A program made the translations under genes and the position numbers. Positions 39,171 to 53,756 of a DNA stretch of 64,000 bases are shown piece by piece. The DNA comes from Octopus vulgaris (lineage: Eukaryota). The notes below the pieces were generated by a model. It saw only the letters and a program-made list of their open reading frames with translations, was not told where the DNA came from and searched no databases. Every line of letters starts with the position of its first letter. Positions within the stretch are counted from its first letter, which is position 1. The stretch spans positions 36,518,001 through 36,582,000 of the forward strand of contig OX597840.1 of NCBI GenBank assembly GCA_951406725.2, read 5' to 3'.

Positions 39171-40975
39171 ATTATATTCCATCTAAGAAAAAACTGTTAT
39201 TAACAATTTGATTATATCTCATTAAGATTTGTGATGCATAAAAGAAAAACTGCTCAAGAAATATCTTAGAATAAAAGGAAGTTGTGAAAAGATGGACAGA
39301 TCCAGTCAGCATCCCACGAAGGAAAGGAGAGTGATCACAGTAGACATCTTGTATAAAGTTTGTAGCAGAAACATTGGCAGAATCCCAAACAAAATAATCC
39401 ACAAACAAAATATCCTATCATCTTAAGTTCAACAGAAACACCAAATGAAGACAGATGTCACTCTTGTGAGGAACCAAGTTAAGCAGACAGAGACCTCTAT
39501 GGGAGACACAGAAATTAATGGGATGAGATTATATATACTTGTCCTTTGCAGAGGCCAGAGCCACATGATGCTGGTGCTGCGTGAATGCACCTGTGCTGGT
39601 GGGTTGTAAAAAGCACGCGGAACACTCTGTGATGAGGATGGTGTTAGGAAGGGCATCCAGCAGCAGAAACCATACCACAACAGACAACTGGGGTCAGGAC
39701 AGCACCCTGGCTGGCTTGCCCCAGGACAAACCGTCCAACCCAGGCCAGCATGGAAAAACAGACATTAAATGATGATGATGGTATATTTATACAATGGGCT
39801 TCCACACAGTTTCCATCTATCAAATTCACTCACAGAGCATTAGATGGTCAGGGCCTACAGTAGAAGCTCCTTGCCCAAGATGGTGTCCAATGGAGCTGAC
39901 AATGAATCCAAGGCTATACAGTCCTACCTGTACCTATTCCAGGTAAGAAAATCTGAGAAAAGAATTCAGTTTGTCCAAACAACTTTTCACACAAATTGTA
40001 AATTGTGGGGGGAAAATACTTATTCTGTGGTTGGTTCATTCATTATTGAATGCATTGGTCTTTAATCAGTGAATGACTGTTTCAATAATCGCTAGAATCT
40101 TTCACATTAATCAAAACGATAACATGATGGGTTCTACATGCAGATTATGGAAATCTGTAAGATATTAAATGGAACTTTCACTAATCACTTCATCAGACTA
40201 ATTTATAAAGGTAATACCAAACGAGAGACTGGTTTTCATAACAGAAATTAGTCAATTAAATATAATAAGGAAGGAAGGACATAGAAGAGAAACTAATAAA
40301 TTATAAACAGCAAGTTATCGTGTAATTAGAGATTCAGCAAAGTAGGGAGACTTTATCTGAGACAGATTGTCTTATGAGTTCACCAACGTTAAATCTATTG
40401 TAAACAACCAGGGCCACAAAACAATGTCAAGCCGAGAATTGGAGGCTAAATATGGACAAGTGTAGATGATAGATGGAGAGATAAGAAGATGGGAAGAGGA
40501 GAGAACGTCTTCGAAGAGGAGCTAGATTACTATTATCCATTCTTGTAATTTGGTAGTTTTAATAAGGTGATAAAAATGTGTAAAGAAAATATCAGATAAA
40601 TACAAAACTAAAAACAAAACAAAAAGATAAGAATGATCTGCCAAAATATAGGGAGTGGATAAAATGTATAATTATGGTCAGAGGGGTTTTGATTATTTAT
40701 AATTGAACTAAATATATTAATTAGTTAATGAACAGTTATTAAAGTTATGAGATACGAAGAGCATGATGGAGATTCACAACTGATAATGTTAGAATTAATA
40801 AGAATAAGGGTGAAAACTGTAACAATCTAATTCAATTAAATTTTATAATTTTAATAATAATAATAATCCACGAGTCTTTAGGTACAATCCAATGTGATTC
40901 CAGGTAAATTAATCTTCCTAATATTGTAGACTACTTCCAGCCCTATCCCTGTAACTACACATATATGTATATATA

Positions 40976-41022
<47 letters not shown>

Positions 41023-41033
41023 GTGTATATATA

Positions 41034-41075
<42 letters not shown>

Positions 41076-41379
41076 GGCACATATATACATATATGCATAT
41101 AAATATATATGTATACATATATATATGCACATATATATATATAGATATATGCAATATGTATATTTATATGCACATATATGCATACACATTTATATATATA
41201 TAGAGAGACACACACATATATCTATACATATATATGCGTATATATATTTCATATATATATGCATACAACTTTACACATCACATCATATATACATACACAC
41301 GTCCAGACCTCTCATACGCACTAATACTCTCTCATACACACACACACACTCTTATGTTTGAGTGAGGTCATTCAACCCT

Positions 41380-41715
41380 ATTATCTCCCCTAATTTCGCT
41401 CTTGCGTCTCATGTTTGATCTTTGACTTCTGGCCGAAATCAGATCGCCATGTTGATTCGCTAGCTTCTGCACGCATATTTTTTTTTTCTCCTTCTTTCTG
41501 TGTTTTTTCTCTGTGTATCTTTCTGTTGAAGAGCGTAGGCTCGAAATGTTAAAGACTTGTTTTATTTATATTTCCTGAGCGGCATACTAATACAATTGTT
41601 TGTTTGTATTCCACCTGCCTTCGTCTTTTGTTTATTTTCATAAACTTGCCTTCGTCTTTTGTCTATTTTCATAAACCTGCCTTCGTCTTTTGTCTATTTT
41701 CATAAAGCTTCCCGT
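41380..41715 (+). mobile_element. Penelope-like terminal remnant with degenerate hammerhead motif (41518-41555) and a 31-bp triplication
   Basis: TCTTT-CTGTTGA-A-GAGC-GTAG-GCTC-GAAATGTT-AAAGA; ACCTGCCTTCGTCTTTTGT.TATTTTCATAA x3 at 41613-41706. Confidence 0.55.
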
Positions 41716-41910
41716 TATATATATATATGCATACATATACATACATATATATATATATATGCATATATATATACATATATATATGCATACACACATATAC
41801 ATATATATACATATATATATACACATATACATATATATACACATCTACACATATATATGCATATACACATACATATATATATACCCATATACACATACAT
41901 ATATATATAT

Positions 41911-42044
41911 GGCGTTAGGAAGGGCATCCAGCTGTAGACTGGAGCCTGGTGCAGCCTTCTGGCTTCCCAGAACCCCGGTCGAACCGTCCAACCCATGCTA
42001 GCATGGAGAACGGACGTTAAACGATGATGATGATGATGATGATG
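41911..42044 (+). mobile_element. Extremely 5'-truncated RTE insertion with about 27-bp target-site duplication
   Basis: ATACCCATATACACATACATATATATA at 41881-41907 and 42045-42071. Confidence 0.85.
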
Positions 42045-42223
42045 ATACCCATATACACATACATATATATACATACACACATACATATATAATGCATATA
42101 CATATATACGTACACACATACATATATACATATACACATATATATACATATACACATACATATGCACATATATATACACACACATATACACATACATACA
42201 TATATACACACACACATATACAC

Positions 42224-42273
<50 letters not shown>

Positions 42274-42847
42274 ACATATACACATATCTACATATACACA
42301 TATATATATGCTGAGACACCTTTCCATCATGAAGGACTATGGGATTGCACCTAGAAAGTTCTCCTCCGAGGCACAAGTCGGGGCAAGGTTGTTTTTATGG
42401 GAGACCAGCAGTCGCCCATGAATACCGGCCTCCCTTCTCCACACCACTGATGTTATCCAAGGGAAAGGCAAAGGGGCCGATACAGCTTGGTACCAGTGAC
42501 ATAATGGATATCATTATGGTTCCGCCACCCGGGCAGTACCATTCAGTCTGGTCGTATCAACAGCACTAAAATAAGTGTTGTTTGAGATCAAACATACCAA
42601 AGAACCCACAACTTTCAAACACATTTACCCAATGTACAACAGCATCGGTAAATAAATTCAATAAGTAAATCTATAACCAACTTCCAAATACTTAACCCAG
42701 CAGCGGCAAATCCTTGAAGTCAGACAAAAAATATCTCCGACCGTCTTCCATTGTATAATGTGAAAGTGAAAGCTTAATAACCACATTCATTCAATTTAAA
42801 CACAGGCAGGACTAAACACTAACTTCAAAATTAAACTATGTATCTTA

Positions 42848-42988
42848 GGTGTAGGAGTGGCTGTGTGGTAAGTAGCTTGTTTACCAACCACATGGTTCCG
42901 GGTTCAGTCCCACTGCGTGGCACCTTGGGCAAGTGTCTTGTGAGTGGATTTCGTAGATGAAAACTAAAAGAAGCCCATCGTATATATG

Positions 42989-43033
<45 letters not shown>

Positions 43034-43240
43034 GTGTGTATATGTTTCTGTGTCTGTGTTGTCCCCACCCAGCATCGCTTGACAACCGATACTGGTGTGT
43101 TTACGTCCCTGTAACTCGGCAAAAGAGACTGATAGAATAAGTACTAGGCTTACAAAGAATAGGTCCTGGGGTCGATTTGCTCGACTAAAGGCGGTGCTCT
43201 AGCATGGCCACAGTCAAATGACTGAAACAAATAAAAGAGA
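42848..43240 (+). mobile_element. SINE family A, near full length
   Basis: Same head, B box and tail as 24583-24967. Confidence 0.92.
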
Positions 43241-43629
43241 GAAAAATCTGTATATATTTATACACACAATACATTGACAGTAAAATATCTGTACCATTTG
43301 TAGCATGTAGGGTGCAAAGGTTTTTCAGAGAATGGTATTTCACATTGATCTCTGAGCGTCAGAGTGCATTTTCCTATCTGTGCATGTATGTGCACGTATG
43401 CACTTGACAGAAGAGGAGGAGGAGGAGGCAGTCATCATTTATGCCCCCCCCCACCACTTGATGCGAAAGAAGAAATAAAGAAAAAAAAGACAAGGAACCT
43501 GCCGAGTCGTATTGATTGGATGATACCAATTAAATGAAACGAAGAAAAAGGCATTGATCTGTGAAAGGTTGCTGGATCAAGTTTAGCTGATCTATCATTA
43601 CTGCATGGGAAGCTGTGTCGATAGAAGAA

Positions 43630-44030
43630 CGGCGGTGGTGGTGGTGGGGGGGAGAGGCGAGTGCAGTAATATTATTGTTGTTGTGGTGGTGGTGGTCATG
43701 GTGGTGACGGCGGTGGTGGTTTTATATGCAGGTGAGAGTGGTGAAGACGATGGTGGTGGTGCTTTTAATGTGGTGGTATTATCATGGTGGTGGTCATAGC
43801 TGTGAGTGGTATTAGAGATATAAATATGGTTTACAGGTGGTGGTGGTGGGGTGGTGAATGTGGTGGTTGTTTTTGAAGTGGTAGGAGTATACTCCATGGT
43901 GGTGGTGGTGGTGGTGGTAGTGGATATTGCAGAGGCAGTGGAAGTGAATGGTGGTGGTAATGGTGTTAATTGTAACTGTGATGGTGGTGGTGGTGTCGAT
44001 GGGGCGATGGTGGTGGTGGTGGTGTTGATG
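43630..44030. repeat. (GGT)n-rich low-complexity tract
   Basis: Directly visible in sequence. Confidence 0.9.
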
Positions 44031-44689
44031 CCAGGTTGAAACGAGGAACGGCACTAAATAAAAGACACAAAAGTTTTGAAGAAAAATAAAAATAAATGGA
44101 CAAAAGGCCAACTCGGATTTATGTTGCTGTCAGGATGTCCATTGGGTTACTTGTTCTACTTGTGAAGAAATGGTAGCTAATTCTGCCTCACAGCAGACTG
44201 CATCGTTAGGCACAGCCATAGCTGTGTGGGTAGGAGTCTTGCTTCCCAACCACATGGCTTTAGGTTCAATGCCTTGGGCAGGTGTCTTCGATAGCTTTGG
44301 GCTGACCAAAGCATTGTGAGTGGATTCGGTTGATGGAAACTGAAAGAAGCTCATCATGTATATGTGTGTGTGTGTGTGAGGTTCCTTACTTTGACTTCAA
44401 GTGATGGCTGTAAACGAGTGTCACTGCCATACAAGCAGTGTCCTTCATTTACAACATTTTGCAGAATGGGGAAATATCACTTTGCTTTGAAACAGGTGAG
44501 GTTTGGTGACAGGAAGAGCATCCAGTCATAGAAAATCTGACCCATGCAAGCATGGAAAAGTGGACATAACAACAACAATGATGTTAGTCATACTGTGTCT
44601 GACTACAGTGTGGTGGTTTCAGTTGGAAAGGCTTTCATTCAGGAACTGCTGGACAAGGCCTGACCTGGAACTGAACAATACAAAGTGGT

Positions 44690-45270
44690 GAGAAGTCTAC
44701 TAGAAATAGTAGCTAAATTTCCCTCAAATCACACGCTACTATGTAATAGGCACAGTGGGCAGTGTAGCTGTTGGTACACTGAATCTGATTTTATAAGAGA
44801 GATGGTCATAGCTGGACTGTCTTTGACCTTATGTCAGACAAATCAAGGATTGGTTGAGAGTTAAATGAGAAGAAACCAAACTGCACCACTCAAATGTGAA
44901 ATCTTGTCCCAACTGCAATAAAAATAGCAGTCAAATCTCCCTCAACTCACAGAGTACTGTCTTGACAAGTAAGATGCAGATTTAATAATGTAGTCCTAGA
45001 TACACTATGTCTGACTGAGAAGGATGGTCATGGTTAGATTGTCTAATAATAAGTCTGCTGGACCAGGATTGATTAATAGTTGCTACTGATGATGATGATG
45101 ATCATCATCATCAATTTCATCAACAACAAGAAGAAAATGAACCAATGAGAGAAGATCTCCATGGACACTTGACTTAGCAGTAATAACAACCAAATCTCTC
45201 TCACATTACGAGAAGCAATACTTTTGGATGATGTAATCCCAGATAGACTGTGGCTTTCCTTGAAACAACC
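44690..45270 (+). repeat. Second head-to-tail cluster of the (AAC)n-tailed unit
   Basis: Unit-start motifs near 44702, 44920 and 45180. Confidence 0.6.
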
Positions 45271-45344
45271 ACACTACCATAATCATTTTGCACAACCACC
45301 ACCACCACCACCACCACTCCACCCTCACAACAACAGCACCATGA

Positions 45345-45625
45345 TCAGCTGACTGGCACTCCACTGGTTATGATGAAGATTCCATCGATCTGATCAGCGA
45401 AACAGCCCTGCACGTGCAGTTAATGTGCAAGTGGCTGAGCATTGCACAGACATGCGCACCCTCAATGTAGTTCCCAGGGAGATTCCGCACGACACAGAAT
45501 GTAACAAAGATGCCTCTTTGGAAAACATGTACGACTCCTTTTAGTATCATCGGGAATTGAACTCACAACATTATGATCGAGAGCCAAATACCCTAACCAC
45601 CTAACCACTAAGGTACAAGCCTTCA
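45345..45625 (-). mobile_element. Old tRNA-derived SINE
   Basis: Minus-strand GTGGTTAGG A-box region and GAGTTCAATTCCC B box. Confidence 0.6.
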
Positions 45626-46232
45626 CCATGGCCACCACCACCACCACCACCACCACCAACATCAACCTGTTCAACCAAAAATATGAAACCGAAAGAGATG
45701 TAAAATCTGCTGCCAGAAAGAATACTGGAATCTGTTGAAAGTCTGTGCACCTGTATTACAAGAAGGTTGTGATTTATCCGGAGATACGGAGGAGCTGATA
45801 TGACAGACATTGTTATGCGATATGATTTATGTTACGCTACATTAATACAAAATGATTCAAGAGTCTGCAAGAATTACAGAGAAGAAATGAAGACATCAGA
45901 GAGGAAAGAAATGGTTTCTAATAATCAAGTTTTCACGGAATTGTTTATAGGATTATAATGTAATTGGATTAAGGTGCCATTGTTTTACAAACCAAATGCT
46001 GACTGTGTTTGCCATAATCATAATAATCATCAAATGGTTTGAGGAGACGTGCTGAATGGATATGAAAATATGCGCAGGGGTGACTGTGTGGGAAGAAGTT
46101 TGCTTCCCAACTACATGGTTACAGGTTCAGTCCCACTGCACAGCACCTTTGACAAATGTCTTATACAACAGCCCCAGTCCAAAGAAATTCTTGTGAGCGG
46201 ATTTGGTAAAAGTAAACTAAAAGAAGTCTGTC

Positions 46233-46285
<53 letters not shown>

Positions 46286-46300
46286 TGTGTATTTAAAGTA

Positions 46301-46612
46301 AAGACCCCCTTCAGTCATGAATGACCATGGGATTGCACCTAGAGACCATGGGATTGCACCCTCTGAGGCACAAGTCTGGACAAGGTTGTTTATAGAAGAC
46401 CAGCAGTCTCCCCTCTCCACACCACCGATGTTACCCAAGGGAAAGGCAAAGGGGTCGATACAGCTGGGCACCAGAGACGTCGCAATTCATTTCTACAGCT
46501 GAGTGAACTGGAGCAGCATGAAATAAAGTGTCTTGCTCAAGAACACAATATGCAGCGTGGTCCTGGAATCGAACTCACTACCTCATGATTATGAGCCTGG
46601 TGCTCTAAATAC
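46301..46612 (-). mobile_element. SINE family C
   Basis: Colinear with 16087-16421. Confidence 0.85.
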
Positions 46613-49527
46613 CATTTTTTCTTTTGTTTGTTTATGTCATTGGACCACGGTTATGCAATGGCACCATCTTGAAGGTTCTAAGTCAAACAAATCAACCCCA
46701 CGATTTACTTTTCTAAGTCCAGCATATATTGTGGTGCCTTTTGTCAAACCAATATATTATGGGGATATAAACAAACCGTCACTGGCTGTCAAGCAGTGTT
46801 GGGGTACAAACACAAGTGCAAAGACACACAACAGGCTTCTTTCAATTTCCATCTACAAAATCCACTCACAAGGCATTGGTTGGTCTTGGGGTTTATAAGT
46901 AGGAGGCACTGAATGTGCCATGCAGGGGGACTGAATTGAAAAACCATATGACTGACAAGCAAACTTCACCACCACCACCACCACCACCACCACCACCACC
47001 ACCACCACTGCCACCGCCACCACCACCACCACAGGATCTGAGAAATCTGAGGACTGCATTTGTTCTCCAATGTCTGTTTTGGATTGGCTTCTATGGCTGT
47101 TTGCCCTTCTCAGTGCCAAATACTTTACAGAATGTTCTGGACTGTCAATGTAGCTTGCAAGAGTAAGACCCCCTTCAAGGGGGTGGGCTACAGTAAAGAG
47201 GTAGATGCTAGGATATGAGAGGTTAAAGGATGAAAGAAGGGAGCAGAAGAGTAGAGGGTGCCTTGCTATAGTGGAGGGGGAGGGGGTTAATGACTATTTG
47301 CATTGTCAAAGAGTTATCAGGATAGAACTGAGGTGCCAAGATGGATCTTTGAGGTACATGAAGATAAGTGAGTGGGGGACAGAGAAACAGGGTACATGGG
47401 TGTGTAGAGGATGCAAAGGTGTATGGAGAGAGCAAGGAATGATTGAAAATGGAGTAAGTTGAGGGGGTGAATATAATGCATAAAAGACAAGGTCTGAGGG
47501 GTGGTTGATGAGGAAAGGCGGAGAAGAGTAGGTGATGACAGCAGAGTTTGAATGGCAGGGTTGAGGGGTGGTGCAGACAAGAGGGTAGGGGTGATTGATA
47601 ATATATGTAAGTTGGGGAAATGGTAGGAGGGAGAGATGATGACTGGTGGCACAAAAAGGGGTGAAGCGCAGCAGAATGGGAATTGTAAGTGCAGTAGACA
47701 GAGGAAGGATGAGAGGAAAGAAGAAGACGTGGTGGGTTACAAAAATATCCCTTATTTGAAAAAGCAGAGACAGCTGGCAACAAAACGAGGAGGCAGACAA
47801 AATTCCTGCCTTATCTAATCCATGCACGCTCGGTAAAACTGACGCTAAACAAATGAACATTGCACACACACACACACATACACAGCAAAGCACATACCTT
47901 GAGATCAATTTGATACTTGGAATTTCTATTCGTGTTGTGCGTATATATATATGTGTGTATGTATGTGTGTATATATATACACACACACACACACAGAGAC
48001 AAATTTTTTGAAGGTTATTTACATATTTTAAAACCGTTGACAGAATCATTTCCTGTCTTCAAAGCAAACTATGTAAATTCTTTCTTTAATCCAATGTACC
48101 CAGACACGCGGGGGTGGGGGGTGGGGGTAATGGTTGGTGATGGCGGTGGTGGTAGCTGGATAGTGGATAGTAAAGGTTCCAATATTTGCCTCTCTCTGAA
48201 GACGTGCCAAGCTGGAGCAGGTAAATTCTTTTCATGATAATAATGTTCAGCAATAAACAATGTCTGTTTGACAAAAGAACTGTTATAACCTTCATGACAA
48301 TGACGCCATCCATGACTAACACCACTGACATCACCATTGCCACCACCACCACTACCACATTCACCACAACAACTGTACATTTCAATGTAGTTGTTTGACC
48401 TGCTTGAAATAATAACCTAATCCTCCTTAAATCCCATCCAGCTGCCTTTGGTCAATGCTGGATACGATTACAGCATTCAGTACTTGGTCTGCTGATCCCA
48501 TTTCTGCTGGATCAGGCTGCCTTGGGGCTTAACAACAATGCTAAGAAGCCTCAACAAGTCATGAATCTGCTAAAAATAGCAACCAAGTTACCTCAAAATC
48601 ACACCATAGCATATTGTGTAATGTAATTCGCCACCAAAAAAAGATGAAACAGATGAGGAAGTCATGACTGGATTAGCATTGATTATAAGGTTTGCCTGAT
48701 CATGACTGACCGAGGGCTAAACAACAAAAACAAGATAACGGAAAAAAACAGAAAACATGAACTTTTGTCAAAAAAAAAAGAGAAACCTCATAATCAAATG
48801 AATAAAGAAATTTCTAAAAAACAAAAAATTATATAAATATAAAACTAATTAAAAACTGAAAGAAAACCAAAAAAAAACCCCTCAAACTATCAAGTCTGAA
48901 TGATTTTAATTTAATGTTCATTAATTTGTTTTTAGTATTTTTAAGCGTATTTTTTTTCATTTGACATGGTGTGGTGGTGGGGTGTTGCGAGGGGTGAAGG
49001 GCGATGATGGCTTATTTGCTTTGAGTGTTCTGAAGTGGTAGCCGTGGTATGGAGGGGCAGAGAGCTGTGCATGTGTTCGGCTGTTTGTGTTGCCAATTTA
49101 TGTAAACACACACAAGACACACACACGTATGTGCACATATATATATATATATATATATATGCATATACACATATGTATATACACACTCATACTACTGTGT
49201 ATAGCATTGTCATGTATGTAAGTGCAGTGTAAGTACACTCGATACACACGTATTTACACACCAAGCAGGATTCTAAAACACACATCGTCACAGAGGAAAG
49301 ATTCTTGCCTAATCTCTTTATCGTATTCAAGGCCAGGTCCACTGTGGGTATGTGTGTGTGTGTGTGTGACTCTGTGTGTGTGTGTATATGAAAGGGGCAC
49401 AAAAAGCAAGTGTGTGTGTGTGTGTGTGTGTGCATCTGTAAAACCTGATGGCTTATGTAGGTTTATGCTTATATCTCTATTGCTCATGTGTGTGTGTGTA
49501 TAAATACTGTGTCTATGCATGTGTAAA

Positions 49528-49558
<31 letters not shown>

Positions 49559-49659
49559 AAGATGACTATATGCATAAGAGTGTATTTGTAAAAATGTTAT
49601 ATCTATCCTTGTATGTGTTTATGTGTATTACATACAAAGACATACGGGGATGTGTTTAT

Positions 49660-50737
<1,078 letters not shown>

Positions 50738-51059
50738 GTGTGTAAAGACCTATGTCTACCATTGACTCTATACATGTCCACAGTGTGCGTGTGTGTGTGT
50801 GGTCAGACTATACATATGTGCTATATTTTCACTAATTGCTTGAGGGTGCCTATGTAGTCTGTGAGTGGAAGGGCCAAGATGTATTAGAGGGGGGGCAGGG
50901 GCTGACAGCAGTTTGGGGTTTGTCCACATTTACAGTTGAGTAGACTGGAGCAATGAGAAGTGGAGTAACTTGCTCAAGAACACAACAGGATGGTCCCCAG
51001 AACAAATGCTTGACCTTATGATCATAAACACTCCACTAGGCCATATGCTGGCGTTATTA

Positions 51060-51106
51060 TATATACATGCACACACCTATGCACATATATATATATGCAT
51101 ATTCAT

Positions 51107-51138
<32 letters not shown>

Positions 51139-51182
51139 GCATATTCATACACACACACACATATATATATATGCATATTCAT

Positions 51183-51216
<34 letters not shown>

Positions 51217-51264
51217 GCATATTCATACACACACACACACACACACATATATATGCATATTCAT

Positions 51265-51298
<34 letters not shown>

Positions 51299-51378
51299 GC
51301 ATATTCATACACACACACACACACACATATATATGCATATTCATACACACACACACACACATATATATGCATATTCAT

Positions 51379-51427
<49 letters not shown>

Positions 51428-51800
51428 TCAATACCTACACATATAGACATACATACAGATACATATGCACATACATATACATGCATACATGCACACACAC
51501 ACACACACACATATATACATATATATATATGCATCAATACCTACACATATAGACATACATACAGGTACATATGAACATACATATACATGCATACATGCAC
51601 ACATATACACACATATACATGTATGCTTACATACACTTGTATACATGTATACCTACATACACACATATACATGTGTATATGCATACACACATATACATGT
51701 ATATATGCATACACACATATACATGTATACTTACACAAATATAGATGTATGCTTACATACACACGTGTATAAATACATAAGCACACACACACACACACTG
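51060..51800. repeat. ATATGCATATTCAT(AC)n minisatellite and degenerate CA/TA tract
   Basis: Directly visible in sequence. Confidence 0.92.
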
Positions 51801-52154
51801 ATGTGAAATGTCAACACCCCCACCCATCAGGTTTCTTCTAATTCAGTGTGAACGAAAGCAACCAGGGAGAATCTTCAATTTCCTTTCCTATGTGTCAGAG
51901 GAGGAGGAGGAGGAGAGGAATACACAGGTGGGTGAATGGGTGGGCGTTTAATGGATATTGACATGCGTGTGTGTGTGTGTGCACGTGTGAGTTTGTGTAT
52001 ATAGGTGAGCTAATATGTAGCAGTAGTATTCAGTTGCTATGCAACCAACCATATTTTAGTAAACCTAGTTTTATTGAAAAAGAACAAATATGTAGACACA
52101 TCCCCCCCCCCCATTAACACTTCATTACATAATTACAAAAAACAATCAATACGC

Positions 52155-52513
52155 TTCATTTGTTTCAGTCATTTGACTATGGCCATGCTGGAGCACCACC
52201 TTTAGTCGAGCATATCGACCCCAGGACTTATTCTTTGTAAGCCTTAGTACTTATTCTTTTGGTCTCTTTTGCCGAACCGCTAAGTTACGGGGACGTAAAC
52301 ACACCAACATCGGTTGTCAAGCAATGTTCGGGGGACAAACATAGACACACTCACATATATATATACATATATACGATGGGCTTCATTCAGTTTTCGTCTA
52401 CCAAGGCCAGCCCGAGGCTATAATAGAAGACACTTGCCCAAGGTGACACACAGTGGGACTGAACCTGGGACAATGTGGTTGGTAAGCAAGCTACTTACCA
52501 CACAGCCACTCCT
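52155..52513 (-). mobile_element. SINE family A
   Basis: Colinear with 36489-36885. Confidence 0.9.
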
Positions 52514-53358
52514 AGTAATTATAATACTAAAACAAAAATTCATGACATCATGCAATGTTGTCAATATTTCAATAAGAGTTTTGAATGATATATAACAATA
52601 TATTACATTATATATAATATGTGTGTGTATATATATATATATAATTTTTTCTTTGTCGTTTCATCTCAGAGCTGTGGCCATGCTGGAGCACCACCGTTTT
52701 GTGCTACACTGTTATTACTGAGATCCTCCTCTAATATGTGGCACTTAATTAGGAGATATTAAAAATAAAGTTGTTTTTTACCAACCACTGGTGGAGCATA
52801 CATTTTTCTGGAAGGTTGTGGTGGGGTCTGGGGGAAAATAGGTAGGAAAATGCTGCAATAAAGCATCATTTGATGGAGGTTTGACTGCTTGTTCTAGCAG
52901 CTCAAATAACCAGTGTCAGGCCTGTCAGCCATGGTTGGGTGTGGTGGTGTTATTCTAGCCGAATGTTACTATAGTACAACTTCATTAATGCCTTAATGTT
53001 GCTTTTGTTAATTGCTTCCTTTCGTTAAAACTAAATGCAGGTGTCACAAAATATCATGTGTCGTTAGAGTTTGAAGTTAGGTCAACAACTCTGCAAATAC
53101 ATGATGTTGGTTCTTTGGCGCTTGATGTTAAGTGGCATCTTAAGTTTGGTCAGAGTTTAGTTAACGAAACAAACAACAACACAGGGGGGGGGAGAACAAA
53201 AACATATCTGGTTCTTTGAACACACAATGTCTGACATGTATGTATGTGTATTATGAATGTATATACGTATATGTATAGGCATATATACACTCGAAAAGAA
53301 AAGGAAAGAAAACAAACATATATGCTTCTTTGAACACACACTGTCCAACATGAGTGTG

Positions 53359-53454
<96 letters not shown>

Positions 53455-53720
53455 CACATATGCACATAAAGAAAAAAGAAAACCAAAACCATATCTGCTT
53501 CTTTGAACACAAGATGTCTATAGATGTAGATCACATATATATACATAGATTTATACATACGAATATATACACACACTCATGTAAGCTTTTCTTTATAATA
53601 TAATTGTGTTATTTCTATTAAAAAGATTTATCCACACATCCTGTTCTATTTAATCAGTTCATTACCACCATTTACATATGTCTGTGTACACACACACACA
53701 CACACACACAAATAGATATG

Positions 53721-53756
<36 letters not shown>

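Noticed and set aside
42692-42751. Minus-strand mini-ORF MEDGRRYFLSDFKDLPLLG as an alternative first exon
   Set aside because: There is no convincing donor before the stop, and the only GT gives a phase that hits a stop in the 45-nt exon.
45368-45400. TGATGA...CGAAAC resembling a hammerhead
   Set aside because: It lacks C3 and the stems, and lies within a tRNA-SINE body.
46915-47166. Poly-proline ORF
   Set aside because: It is a (CCA)n microsatellite between SINE and RTE fragments.
51060-51420. Repeat-spacer pattern superficially like a CRISPR array
   Set aside because: The spacers are (CA)n/(TA)n slippage products in a eukaryotic context with no cas genes.
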